A stretch of 64,000 nt of DNA. It comes from Octopus bimaculoides (lineage: Eukaryota). The notes beneath the pieces are model-generated. The model was given only the letters and a program-made list of their open reading frames with translations, did not search any database and was not told where the DNA came from. Shown here piece by piece: positions 1 to 12,029 of the stretch (positions are counted from its first letter, which is position 1; each line of letters opens with the position of its first letter). Location of the stretch: the NCBI RefSeq assembly GCF_001194135.2, contig NC_068982.1:98039821-98103820 (forward strand). The letters run 5' to 3'. The position numbers were made by a program, and so were the translations under genes.

Positions 1-469
1 AATGATTTGATGGCTCAAGATTTATGGAAGTAGCTATCCCACAACAGAAAATTTAAAGGTAAGCAACAACATCTAGTGGACTGCAAGTAAAATACATTAT
101 AATGTATAAACAACATGGGCGTTGTTTATTTTCAGTTTCCATCAACCAATTGAAGGAAACTGAAAGGCATTAGTCGGTCTATGGATATAGCAAAGGAAAC
201 CAGCCAATAGCATCTACAAAGGACCAAATCCACAACCACATAGTTTGGAAGCAAGCGTCTAATCCAACCTGCCATATCTATGTGTGTTTGTGTGTGCATG
301 TATTTGTACTTTCGCAAACTCCTTGTCTTGTTGCATGATTGTTGTAAACAAAAACATCAACATCATACAAACAGTGTCATCTCGTTTCATTCTTCTATGG
401 AAACTTGTCTAACCATGGAAAAATATTTTGCTTGGAAACAGGAGAGGGTTGGCAACAGAAAAAACATCC

Positions 470-1408
470 AATTGTAGGAAATTTGTCTGTGGATGCTCGG
501 AGAGAGTTGCCACTAAAATAAGAAAAGCCTGGGCAAAGTTCAGAAAGCTCCTACCTCTACTGGTGACAAAGGGCCGTTCGCTGAGAGTGAAAGGTAGATT
601 GTATGTTGCATGAGTGCAAACTACCAAGCTATACAAGGCAGTGAAACATGGGCTGTGACTGCTGAAGACTTGCATAGGCTTGAAAGAAATGAAGTTAGTA
701 TGTTCCGCTGGATGTGTAATGTCAGTGTGCATGCATGACAGGGCGTAAGTGTCCTGAGAGAAATGTTGGACATAAGAAGCATCAGATGTGGTGTGCAAGA
801 GAGACGACTGCGCTGGTATGGTCATGTGCTGCATATGGATAAGGAGAGCTGTGTGAAGAAGTGTCACTCCCTAACAGTGGAAGGAACCTGTGGAAAAGGC
901 AGGAAGACATGGGATGAGGTGGTGAAGCATGACCTTCGAACGATAGGCCTCACAGAGGCAATGACAAAAGACTGAGACCTCTGGAAATATGCTGTGATTG
1001 AGAAGACCTGGCAAGTAAAGTGAGATCACAGCCCTAGCCTACACTGGTGTCACACAACCAGCCCATTTAAAAAGTACCTTGGATTCATCGGGCAACATGC
1101 CGTGCTTGAGGAGACCTAATGAGTCAAGTAAAATCAAAATCAAATCACAATCAAATGGAAATTGTAGTTGTGGCCGATGCCAGTGCTGCCTGACTGGCTC
1201 CTGTGCTGGTGGCACATAAAAAAGCACCCACTACACTCTTGGAATGGTTGGTGTTAGGGAGGGCATCCAGCTGTAGAAACATTGCCAGATCAGATTGGTG
1301 CCTGGTGCGACTTCCTGGCTTGCCAGTCCCCAGTCGAACCATCCAACCCATGCCAGCATGGAAAACGGACGTTAAACGATGATGATGATGATGATGATGA
1401 TGATGATA
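470..1408 (+). mobile_element. RTE-clade LINE 3' fragment (decayed RT C-terminus, 3' UTR, (ATG)n tail)
   Basis: Broken frames read RKAWAKFRKLLPLLVTKGRSLRVKGRLY and RRLRWYGHVLHMDKESCVKKCHSLTVEGTCGKGRKTWDEVVKHDL, typical of the RTE post-RT region. Ends in ccatccaacccatgccagcatggaaaacggacgttaaacgatgatgatg. Confidence 0.9.
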
Positions 1409-1414
1409 TATTAT

Positions 1415-1535
1415 AAAGTACTCAGTAGTTAGTGTAAAGTAGCTGGCATCAGGAAGGGTATCCAACTGTAGAAACCATGTCAAAGCAGACACCGGGGCTC
1501 AATGCAATCCTCAGGCTCATTTGATCCTGTTGAAC
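1415..1535 (+). mobile_element. Degenerate RTE 3'-UTR fragment
   Basis: tgtaaagtagctggcatcaggaagggtatccaactgtagaaacc matches the 3' UTR of the element at 1240-1340. Confidence 0.6.
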
Positions 1536-1590
1536 TGTTGATGGCAATTAATATTTGCTCATGCACACACACAAGTGTGCATACACATAC

Positions 1591-1669
1591 TCATTGTAAA
1601 AGAAATATTGTTTTGTTTTTAAATCAAGAATAATGATGCTTAGCTTTTTATTTGGATTATACTGGTAGT
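1591..1669 (-). CDS. Candidate 79-nt internal exon of an unidentified gene
   Basis: Minus strand: acceptor TTTTCATCTTGTTTCCTTTTCACAG, donor GA|GTATGT. Only one open frame (phase 1 to 2): xYQYNPNKKLSIIILDLKTKQYFFYNx. No homology recognised; could be chance. Confidence 0.3.
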
Positions 1670-1918
1670 CTGTGAAAAGGAAACAAGATGAAAACCACTG
1701 GGTTAGAACAATTATGAAGCAGATGTAACTCTTACACACACACACGACTTACTGTTCCATAACTTTCAACAATAATCAAATGAATTTTCAACAGAGAATT
1801 TTTATTCAAGTGTCAGTTATTAAAATTCTTTGCAGAAAATTCATTTAATGATTACCTCAGCCAGTATGAAGCCTAACCTTACAGAAGAGAAACAGCCATC
1901 TTTAACTATTACTATATT

Positions 1919-1920
<2 letters not shown>

Positions 1921-1983
<63 letters not shown>
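1921..1983. repeat. Compound (CA)n(TA)n microsatellite
   Basis: Direct reading. Confidence 0.95.
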
Positions 1984-1985
<2 letters not shown>

Positions 1986-2329
1986 TTAATCTATATAACA
2001 TATTAAGTAGTCTTTAGTTTGTTCAGGAAACCACTTGTAAATTATTATAATATATGTATAAAGTGAAACTGGTTGGTTGGTGTCTCCGACAGAAATGAAT
2101 GATCTATGAAGTAGATCTCCTTAAGATCTGGCAGATAATCAAGTATTTAAGAGACTAAGTAATTGTTGATTTTAACATATTAAGAGTTTTTTATTTCGAG
2201 ATTTACAACTGTTAGAATCTCCAACAAAGATCAACATAAATTAAAGTTAAACTCAATATTTTAACTCCATTCCTGTAGTCCAACAATGATTTGCTCTTAA
2301 TTCATTTTTTTTTTTAAAGTTTCTTCCAT

Positions 2330-2720
2330 TCTATACATGGCTCAAGTGAGACTCATACTGAACTACATTTGGAAGATTGCCACCTCTAAATGTACAGCAG
2401 TCCTAGACATTCTCCAAAACAAAAAAGGCCCCAACCCTTCTGATCTATAGGTATGCTATCTCCTCATTTTACCTTTGCTATAACTACTACTATGGCCTCT
2501 GCTACTAACAACTGGCATGATTTCAAACCACTGCCCCCTATCCCCATCGCACTTATTCCTCTCAACTCCTCTCCACACCACCCAATAGTGATTCCATGGC
2601 CACCAAGTCGTGCATGAGTTACTTTGTCCAGTCCCTTTCTCCCCACAACAACACTCTACTAAGATTCACTCCTTGCCTACATTTTACAGAAGCTGTCAAT
2701 TTGTAGCTGTTCAAGAGATA
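2330..2720 (+). mobile_element. Highly decayed Jockey/CR1/L2-group LINE 3' end
   Basis: Mixed frames give YIWKIATSKCTAVLDILQNK and PFLPTTTLY / EAVNL*LFKR*I, resembling the HIW..LDRVQ..SFFPRT..LWNSLP..NL..FK C-terminus of such LINEs. Confidence 0.45.
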
Positions 2721-2731
2721 AATCTCCTCAC

Positions 2732-2781
2732 AGTCTTAAAAGGCTTGTGAAAGTCATATGCACAGATCCTTCTTTCAAAAG
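2732..2781 (-). CDS. Candidate 50-nt exon
   Basis: Acceptor TTTTTTTCTTTGTATAG, donor CT|GTGAGG. Two open frames (LLKEGSVHMTFTSLLR or FERRICAYDFHKPFKT). Not recognised. Confidence 0.22.
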
Positions 2782-3048
2782 CTATACAAAGAAAAAAATT
2801 GCTTTGATACTAGCATTACTGATTGTTATTATTGGACAAAAAGCTAGCATCAGCGATGACAAAACAGACCGCATTTAGACCAGTGTCTGTATGTGGATTG
2901 AACTTTCTCCTAAAAGTACAGGAAAATGCACACAAATAGAATGTATTTGTTGAAAGAATACTTTTCTCAACAGTATCAAGCTACATTGAGTAATAGTGGT
3001 TAAATGGATAGCTAAAGACTCATACTTGATGCAGCATTTTGTCCTTGG

Positions 3049-3266
3049 TGAACCCTTTAGCATTCAGATTACTCAATGCTTATTCATTCACATTGTTTTG
3101 AATTGATCATGCAGTATCTTGTAGCTTCAAGATTTTGATGATGTGATTGTTTATTTTTAGAATGACATTGTAGGATGGGTGTGCGAGGTTGGATGTGACC
3201 AGTTTGAACATAAAATGAGTAGAATAATTGGGCTAGATATGGCTAGTTTAAATGTTAAAGGGCTAA
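3049..3266 (+). mobile_element. piggyBac-type MITE (CCCTTTAGCATT...AATGTTAAAGGG, degraded TTAA flanks)
   Basis: Terminal inverted repeats ccctttagcatt / aatgttaaaggg. A second copy lies in opposite orientation at 15210-15420. Confidence 0.7.
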
Positions 3267-3324
3267 AGAAGTAAAATGATATCACATTAAATATTATGAC
3301 AAGAGCTAAGAAAAAAGTACTCAA

Positions 3325-3462
3325 TACACTCTGTTACGTGTTTGGTATTAGAAAGGGGAACCAGCCAAAGAAACTATGCATGATGCAATCCTCCCACTCT
3401 TCAGATCCTGTCAAACCATCCAACCCATGCCAATATGCATGTTGGACATTATATGATAATGA
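3325..3462 (+). mobile_element. Degenerate RTE 3' tail
   Basis: gtcaaaccatccaacccatgccaatatgcatgttggacattatatgataatgat matches the RTE tail motif. Confidence 0.6.
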
Positions 3463-3667
3463 TTTTACCTATACTTAATTCTTGATACCAACCTGCCTCT
3501 ATTTCCATGATGCAAAACCTATTTCAATGCATTAATATAATTTTAAATCTAAAACTTTTTGTTATAAATGGTGGTTTAGTAATAATGAAAAGGTAAATTA
3601 CTTAATGAAATCTTTCAACATTCTTAATTACTTTCAAAATTAATTCTCAAAAACAAAGATAGTTTAT

Positions 3668-3868
3668 TGATATTTTGGGGGATGGTCATTTTTTTTTTTT
3701 TTTTTGCCAAATAAACACACACACATTATATATTTGTTCTTCTCTTGCTTATTATTGTTCTGATTTTATCTTATAAAATAAGAACAATAAACGAGTGAAG
3801 AATGAATATGTTTGCTTATTTGGCAAAAAAAAGAAAAAAAGACTATCCTGAAATATAATATCTGTTTC
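3668..3868. repeat. ~200-bp imperfect palindrome (fold-back element)
   Basis: Arms share ggat(g/a)gtc-T-run-gccaaataa...ttattgttct(g/t)attttat around a 3-nt centre at ~3770-3772. Confidence 0.7.
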
Positions 3869-4856
3869 AACACAAGGTTTTACATCAGGATCCTTGCAAA
3901 ACAAATTCATAAACGTAAAGACAGTTTACTTTATTGGAAATATAATCAAGAATAGATAAGCATATGATTCAAACTATATTACGAGTTCCACTTTCCCTAA
4001 TCCAGTTATCCTAGTTATATAGTAAGGAGACAATTTTCCTTATACATCTTGTACCAAATCTCTGTTGAAAGTCATGTTATCATTGTATGTGTGTATGTGC
4101 ACATTCATATACCAGTTTTTCATGTTATACTGTAAAGTGCACTGAAGGGTTTGCCAAATAAATATCAAGAGAAGGGAAAAATTGATATGAATGTAGATAG
4201 GTAAGGGTATATAATGCCTGTTATAAAAAAGTTTGATTTACAAACACAAACTTCCAGAGTTCATGTCACAGCACAAGACTCTGGGCAGGTATTATTATTG
4301 ATAGCCTCAAAAATCATTAAAGAAATAACCAAAGACATGGAAATATGAGAGCTTAGTGTAAGAAAATACATCTCAATGTCAAACAGCCTTGAATGTGTCC
4401 GAGCCAGTTTTAACAAATTAACATATTTGTTGGAATACATTACCTTTTTGTTTAAATCAATTTTGAAAATAAGGAAGATTTTTATCAGAATAGCTATGTT
4501 GGTGTTTGGAACATAAATGAACATGAAATTTCAATGGAAGATTTTTAATTTAGATCATTTTAAAACAGGATGTTTGTATCATACAACCAGGGGTGGTCCC
4601 CGATGGGTTGATATTTAAGTTAAAATATTTTAAAAAGCCAATGCAAAACAACAATGCTGTGAAGAAATGACATTAGTTCAAGGGCTATTATTTTGACAAA
4701 GAGACAACTCTGGGCATGCTTCATTCTTATTAGACTTTCTCAGCAAAGCATACTGCTCGCTGTACTTGCCAAAGGTAGTAATGAGAGAATCAGTAGATGT
4801 CTAACATTGTTCATAAGTAAACATGAAAAAGTAACTGATTGAAAAAAAAAAATATC

Positions 4857-5220
4857 AACCACATGGTTCCGAGTTCAGTCCCACAGCGTGGCACCTTGGG
4901 CAAGTGTCTTCTACTATTGCCTCGGACCGACCAAAGCCTCGTGAGTGGATTTGGTAGACGGAAACTGAAAGAAGCCCATCGTATATATGTATATATATGT
5001 GTGTCTGTGTTTATGTTTGTGTGTCTGTGTTTGTCCCCTCAACATCGCTTGACAACCGATGGTGGTGTGTTTACGTACCCGTAACTTAGCGGTTCGGCAA
5101 AAGAGACCGATAGAATAAGTACTAGGCTTACAAAGAATAAGTCCTGGGGTCAATTTGTTCGACTAAAAGCGGTGCTCCAGCATAGCAGCAGTCAAATGAT
5201 TGAAACAAGTAAAAGAGTAA
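4857..5220 (+). mobile_element. tRNA-derived SINE family 1 (5'-truncated)
   Basis: B-box-like ggttccgagttcagtccc, body gtggatttggtagacggaaactgaaagaagccc, tail ggtgctccagcat...gaaacaagtaaaagagtaa. Many related copies in the window. Confidence 0.9.
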
Positions 5221-6252
5221 TCATTGCAGTGAAAATTACTCAAAGAAATTATTCTTAAGTATAACTGGATTCACATAACTGTGCTAATAACTATGAAGAG
5301 GAAAATGTCCAGATAGTTAGTACAGAAATATGGTACCATTGAGGAAGTGTTAAAATTTTACCAAATGAAAATAAGTGACAGAATAAGTTAAAGAAAACTT
5401 TGAATAATATACTCAAGATATCAACAACAAATGAATCGAAGAAGGGAGCTGCTATGTGCTCAAAATAACCAAAAAAACTTCCCTACTACCTTCAAATTTA
5501 GTACTGGATACACTTGAATCTAGAGAAAGCAGACAAGATAAATACTTATAATTTTAAGTCTGCTGGATCACAGCTGATCAAGGACTAAATTAAAGCAACA
5601 ATGACAATCATAGCCAATAGATGAGACAATTTAACTAAAAGCAGAAATTAAATGATTCAACGAACCTATTAAAATCATCTTTGAAGGAGAAATATCAAAA
5701 ATGCTTTAAGATATAAACCATTACTTCTAACGCAAACCACTTCAAACAAACTTTGTTCTAAGCATCACATTAAACATAATTAGCATCACAGACAGTCATT
5801 AGTTTAGAAAGCCAAACATCAGGTAACTTACTATCGTTATCTATGACATCAAACTATCTACCTTTGTCATTCTAAAGGGAAATAGATATTAGATGCAGAT
5901 AAACATGATACTTTCTCAGTATCATGATGAAGACCAATCAGAAAATAAGAACTATGTTTTCTTCACATGGGAATATAAGATATAACAAAAAAAAAAAAAG
6001 AAAAAAAAATTGTTTCAGTAACTGCCTCGTTTTCATTCATCATCCCCTCTTTCTTTTTCATACACACAAACTACTCTCTCTCTCTCTCTCTCCCTCCCTC
6101 TTTCTCTCTCTTATCCCCACCACATACATTGCTAGATAAGATGTTCATTAGTGAGTGGTGGGAATAATTTACAAATCTATCTTCAAAAGAAAGAAATATA
6201 TATAAATGTGTATATACAAGCAAATACTCATATGTATGTGTGTGTATATATA

Positions 6253-6837
6253 NNNNNNNNNNNNNNNNNNNNNNNNNNNNNNNNNNNNNNNNNNNNNNNN
6301 NNNNNNNNNNNNNNNNNNNNNNNNNNNNNNNNNNNNNNNNNNNNNNNNNNNNNNNNNNNNNNNNNNNNNNNNNNNNNNNNNNNNNNNNNNNNNNNNNNNN
6401 NNNNNNNNNNNNNNNNNNNNNNNNNNNNNNNNNNNNNNNNNNNNNNNNNNNNNNNNNNNNNNNNNNNNNNNNNNNNNNNNNNNNNNNNNNNNNNNNNNNN
6501 NNNNNNNNNNNNNNNNNNNNNNNNNNNNNNNNNNNNNNNNNNNNNNNNNNNNNNNNNNNNNNNNNNNNNNNNNNNNNNNNNNNNNNNNNNNNNNNNNNNN
6601 NNNNNNNNNNNNNNNNNNNNNNNNNNNNNNNNNNNNNNNNNNNNNNNNNNNNNNNNNNNNNNNNNNNNNNNNNNNNNNNNNNNNNNNNNNNNNNNNNNNN
6701 NNNNNNNNNNNNNNNNNNNNNNNNNNNNNNNNNNNNNNNNNNNNNNNNNNNNNNNNNNNNNNNNNNNNNNNNNNNNNNNNNNNNNNNNNNNNNNNNNNNN
6801 NNNNNNNNNNNNNNNNNNNNNNNNNNNNNNNNNNNNN

Positions 6838-6838
<1 letters not shown>
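6253..6838. other. Assembly gap (N run)
   Basis: Ns flanked by (TA)n and an A-run. Confidence 1.
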
Positions 6839-6878
<40 letters not shown>

Positions 6879-7727
6879 AACACGGTTTTCAATACTGCTG
6901 AGATTAACATACCTTTTATCTAATCAGCATTGATAGAATAAAATACCAGCCAAGGCCAGTTGGAATGGCAGAATTTTTAGAACCCTTGCGTTGCTTTTAT
7001 TTTCCCCCCTTTCATTAACCTCCAAGGCTCATAAAACCAGAGCTTAATCCTGTTTCCATCCTGTGTAAGTGACTGGGATCACAACACTTACTCCAGAGCA
7101 GGATGTCTGGCTGAACATTGTGTCAAGACTCTTTGTTCTGACTCTTTGAATTGTAAATCCTTGGATGTTAGACCTAATTTGTTGCTCTATTTAACACAAC
7201 CACCTGGTCCTTAGGTGCTTTTACTAGAGTCTATATCCGGTTGCAAGTATTCAGGACTCGCTCCTGTTGATTTTCTTTTTTTCTTTTTAATCATTTACTG
7301 CTACTACACATAAAAAGAATCTTGACTCCTCCTTCTCCTCCTCAACATTTAAATGTCTACTTTTGGTATGCTTGCTTGGGTCACAAAGAATTCATTGAGG
7401 CAAATTTTCTATGGCGATTCACTTCCTGTTGCTAATCCTCACGTGTTTCCAAGCAAGGATTAATAATCCCCTCATCTATCACACAATGAACAGTCCAAAC
7501 ATAAGTTATGTGGTGGTGAACTAGAAACAAACAACACTGAATGTTTACAGGTTGTGAAGCATACATGAACATGAGAAAATGTGAACTTGATCACACAATC
7601 ACATAAATATATAGCTACCTACATGAGTAAACATATACATAAACATACTTATTCAGTTCCTTCCACCAATTTTACTCACAAGGTTTTTGAGGCCAGCTCC
7701 ATAACCTCACAACCATGCCTGTGCTTA

Positions 7728-8454
7728 TACAAGGTCTGATCAATAAGTATCTGAACTGTTGCTATAGTAACGAAACTAAAGCACGCAGAGTGAAGCGGCA
7801 TGGCACAAATTGACCTTGAACTTGGCTATGCATATGCACTAAGTTTTAATGTTCTAGCTCACTTCTGCTGTTTACAGCAGTGCTTGGAAGGAAAGTATAT
7901 AGTGTGTGATCATCGCATTGACCTTAACAGAGAAAGTTGTCATGGCGATACCTGCTCAGAGGCTTATACAAAGTTGCAGAAAGTGTATAGAGAGGGGTGT
8001 ATGAGCTGCACATCAAATTACCATCCTTGAGTTATTAGAGGATGAGCAGATTAGTTCAGTCCATTATCACTGAAGATTTGGGTATGAGACACATGCCTGC
8101 CAAGTTTGTGCCAAAACTGCTTTCGTGATCAAAAAGACACTCGGGTTTCAGTTGTACAAAATCTCCTTGATTGTGTCGAGAATGATGAAAACTTTGCGCA
8201 GGTATCATCAAGCTTTTGGCAAAATTCGATGCAGATTCTCTGCTCAACTATTCTGTCATGGTCAATGCAATAATCACACACACGTTCATTCCAAGCACTG
8301 CTGTAAACAGTGGAAGTGAGATAGAACGTTAAAACTTAGTGTGCATTCACACCAGAATTCAAGGTCAATCTGTGCCAAGCAACTTTACTCTGTGTGCTTT
8401 AGTTTCATTACTATGGCAACAATCCGGATACTTATTGATCAGACCACACGTGTA
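7728..8454 (+). mobile_element. Internally deleted Tc1/mariner element with ~160-bp TIRs
   Basis: TA followed by caaggtctgatcaataagtatc... (7730-7889) is inverted at ~8289-8446. Internal remnant translates SIITEDLGMRHMPAKFVPKLL and DQKDTRVSVVQNLLDCVENDENF, the mariner WVP-equivalent region. Confidence 0.85.
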
Positions 8455-8659
8455 AATAAAAAGTAATAAAAATCATCTTCATTAGTAGAGAATTACTAAC
8501 AAGCAAGAACTACTTGTCCACAGATGGTGTACAGCTTTCTCCTCAGCCTCTTCAAATACTAATAATGAGTTCTACATCTTTGAACTATAAAGCTGTATAC
8601 TTCAGCCTAACTCCTCCCCTGCCCTTTCATCACTCCTACCCTCACTTTAAAACACACGC

Positions 8660-9620
8660 TTGCCCATGTGCAGCCAGTACTACCATTGTTGCTGACAATA
8701 GACTTTCTAGGGGGTTAGTAATTCTTGGAAGGACTGAAGTATTTTCTGACTCTGAGAACTTAGCCTAGGTGATGCAAGTTTTTGCTATATTAACGATGTG
8801 TGTTAATTAAGAATAATCAAGAAGACTAGCATGAGGGTTTTAGTTGTATACTGTTCATGTCGAAAAGATGGAAGTGAGATGTAATAGCATTTTCTTGCTA
8901 AGTGTGGCACATAAACACACCAAGTGCACTCTGTAAAGTGGTCGGCGTTAGTTAGGAAGGACATCTAACCATAAAGACTGTGCCAAAACAGAACTTGGTG
9001 TTGTCCTCTGATATGCCAGCACTCGTTGAACCATCCAACTCATGCCAACAAGGAAAACAGATGTTAAAACCAAGCACTGGGCCTTGATGCAGTCTTCTGC
9101 CTTGCCAATTCTTGTCCATGCCAGTATGGAAGTATGGAGGCATTAAATGGTGATCATGATGATGTAGTGTGTTTTGTTTGTTTGTTTGTTTGTTTCTAAG
9201 ATTGTAATAAAGCTTTTTAAGATCTCAGTTCATGGAATCAGTGTAGATTTGGCATGAGTGACATGTGAATGATTGAATGATTTGGTGCAGAATGTTAGTT
9301 ACGTAGCAATAAAGGACAGTATCATTTGTATGGGAGAGGGCATTGTTGGTATAGCAATAGCAAATAGGTCACGGAGTAAATGAGGGTCAGAAAGTACTCC
9401 ATCAGCACATATCACAGTTGTGTGATCTGGAAGGAAGCCACTCTCTCAAGGGACAAGAGATTAACATAGCTTATAGGGGCTGGCACTTTGGCAGGAGATT
9501 CAAAGGTCATTATCAGAAGCTTTACTGATGTCAAGACTTTCATTAAATTCTCAAAAGGCACTTACTGGTGAGTGATACAGGAGAGCAGGTCCCCTATAAA
9601 GCTGCACAAACCAAACTGGC
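8660..9620 (-). mobile_element. Jockey/CR1/L2-group LINE RT remnant, split by an RTE tail
   Basis: Minus strand 9620-9215 gives CQFG, GDLLSCITHQ and LDISKASD (cf. QYGF..GDLL..LDISKAFD). 8770-8660 gives RKYFSP, later in the same protein. Confidence 0.65.
8904..9163 (+). mobile_element. RTE 3' UTR/tail
   Basis: ctctgtaaagtggtcggcgttagttaggaaggacatc...accatccaactcatgccaac...gatgatg. Confidence 0.7.
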
Positions 9621-9970
9621 AATCACTAAGAAAAACAGATATGGATTGCTCACGATTGTCTTCATTAACATTGAGATACAATATTGTTAGAACATTGTGC
9701 CTGTATATCATCAGTTAGAAACCACCATTTTGCAAAATGGCAGAAAAGTTAGTATCAGACAAAATGCCTTACATTACCTGTTATAACTCTAAAATGTGAT
9801 TTCAAAAATAAGCCAAGGTAAACTTTGCTTGTCATTCTACTGATATCAATAAAAAAAAGTTAACTTGGGTTGGTTTATTCAACTAACACCCTTCCTCAAA
9901 TTTCAAATGTTGTGTCTATGTTATAAACAATTATTATGATTATTATTGTTACTATTATCATTATTATTAT

Positions 9971-10170
9971 TAAGGTGGCGAGCAGGCAGAATCATTAGCA
10001 CACTGGACGAACTGCTTGTCGCTATGTTCTGAGTTCAAATTCCACCAAGGTTGACTTTGCCTTTCATCATTTCAGGGTCGATAAATTAAGTACCAGTGGA
10101 ATACTGGGGATCAATGAAATCGATTTAACCCCTCCCCTCAAATTTCAGGCCTTGTGCCTTCAGTAGAAAG
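9971..10170 (+). mobile_element. tRNA-derived SINE family 2 (CORE-like body), copy 1 of a tandem pair
   Basis: taaggtggcgagcaggcagaatc...gagttcaaattcc...gactttgcctttcatc...gggtcgataaattaagtaccag. The CORE assignment is an inference. Confidence 0.85.
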
Positions 10171-10191
10171 AATTATTATCATTATCATTAT

Positions 10192-10408
10192 TAAGGCAGT
10201 GAGCTGGCAGAATCGTTAGCATGCTGGACGAAATGCTTAGCACAATTTCATCCATTGCTATGTTCTGAGTTCAAATTCTACTGAGGTCAACTTTTGCTTT
10301 TCATCCTTTCGAGGCTGATAAATTAAGTAACAGTGAAACACTGGTGTTGATATAATTGACAAGCCCCCTCCCTGAAATTTAAGGCCTTGAGCCTATAGTA
10401 GAAAGGAT
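10192..10408 (+). mobile_element. SINE family 2, copy 2 of the tandem pair
   Basis: Same head, body and tail immediately after an (ATT/ATC)n spacer. Confidence 0.85.
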
Positions 10409-10424
10409 TATCATCATCATTATT

Positions 10425-10426
<2 letters not shown>

Positions 10427-10467
<41 letters not shown>
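10427..10467. repeat. (AGT)n microsatellite
   Basis: Direct reading. Confidence 0.95.
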
Positions 10468-10468
<1 letters not shown>

Positions 10469-11562
10469 ACAACAGCAAGAATACTAAAACAAATAAATGA
10501 CAATATATCTCACTTTATTTCTATATACAATCACATACACAAATAGTAACAGAAAAGATTTATGTTGGAAAAGAACAAAAAGAAAAACCATCAACAACAA
10601 CAACAAAAACTAATCGATATTGTTGAAAGTTGCTGTTTGCTGAGGTTTCTCTTCCTATTAAGATAACTCAACGAAATTGCAATTAGCTTTCATTGTTCAC
10701 TTCATATTAAACAATTCTGCAGATATCATAAACCATTATTGCACAACAGAATTCAATTAAATCCACATAGATAGCAATGGCACTTGCTATATTCCTCAGT
10801 GAATGATTTGCAGCCAACAGTGTTTAGTGAATGACTGAGTAATGGGAGAGGGGGGGGGGGATACCAGTGACTCCTGCTGCATCGTATATTAGTAGTAAAG
10901 TAGTAGCTGTTAGCATATTTGTTGTAGTCAACCAAGAAATTTAATTCAATTTAATTAAAATTACACCCTTAATAACGAGTAAATTTTTGTCAAAATGACT
11001 GATTTCTGCACTTAAAGACAAGGGTAGGCAACAACCAAATTTTAATTAAAAGTTAATTAGAATTAGATAAATAAAGAATGTAGTCTCATACCAGCAGACA
11101 GAAACAAAATGGCAGTTACTGTTGGAAAGACTTGTTTATTTGCATGTATATCATTGCATGCTCATTAAATTACATCATTTCTATATCACATTAGAGTATT
11201 TAATACCATATACATACATATGTATGTATGTATGTACGTACACACACACACATATATATATATATATACATACGCACACACACACACACGAGTGAGTGGA
11301 CAAGTGAAAGAAGGGCTCTCAACCAATTTATTGGGAATTACATGTATGGATGAAAACAGTTTGATTTAAATTTGCTGGTACTCTTGAGTTTCATGTGCGA
11401 TGCTAGTCGTCAGTCATTTTGAAAAATTTGAATCAAACTATTTTGATCCATATATATACATATATATATATATATACACAAATATAATTTTACCTATAAA
11501 GGTTATTTTAACATACTGATCTACTTGATAAAATTATTAATTAATTAATGTTACCCTTTTAT

Positions 11563-11594
<32 letters not shown>

Positions 11595-11699
11595 CATACA
11601 CACACACACACACACACACATACATGTACATATATACAAATGTATGCATATATACATATATATATGCATATATATGCCATAAAGCCTCCCCTGTTTTGC

Positions 11700-11992
11700 A
11701 AGGTACATGGGGGCCCCTTCCCACTGGTGGTGGTGCCAAAAAATGCACCCAGTACACTCTGTAAAAGTCGTTTGTGTTAGGAAGGGTATCCAGCTTTAGA
11801 AACCATATCAAAACAGGCAACAGAGCTTAAGATAGTCCTCTGGCTTGCCAGCCCTTGTGAAACTGTCCAACCCATGCCAGTATGGCATGGGTTGGACAGT
11901 TTTTTTACCCTTTTCCTTCTCCATAAGATAGTAATAGCTCTTCTGAAAGTCTGCCAATCAACGATATTGATGATGATGATTATGATGATGTA
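11700..11992 (+). mobile_element. RTE 3' tail rearranged by a fold-back and a 62-nt templated copy
   Basis: RTE UTR motifs at 11720-11882, a perfect 20-bp inverted repeat at 11860-11902, a copy of 12601-12662, then aacgat..gatgatg. Confidence 0.75.
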
Positions 11993-12025
<33 letters not shown>

Positions 12026-12029
12026 TTAC

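Noticed and set aside
5820-5900. Possible 9-10-nt minus-strand microexons; similar 18-nt plus-strand case at ~39150-39170
   Set aside because: GT/AG motifs of this strength are expected many times by chance in 64 kb of AT-rich DNA, and there is no independent support.
6071-6933. Long ORFs of 227-279 aa; similar ones at 28191-28759 and 62781-63321
   Set aside because: They are artefacts of N gaps translated as X.
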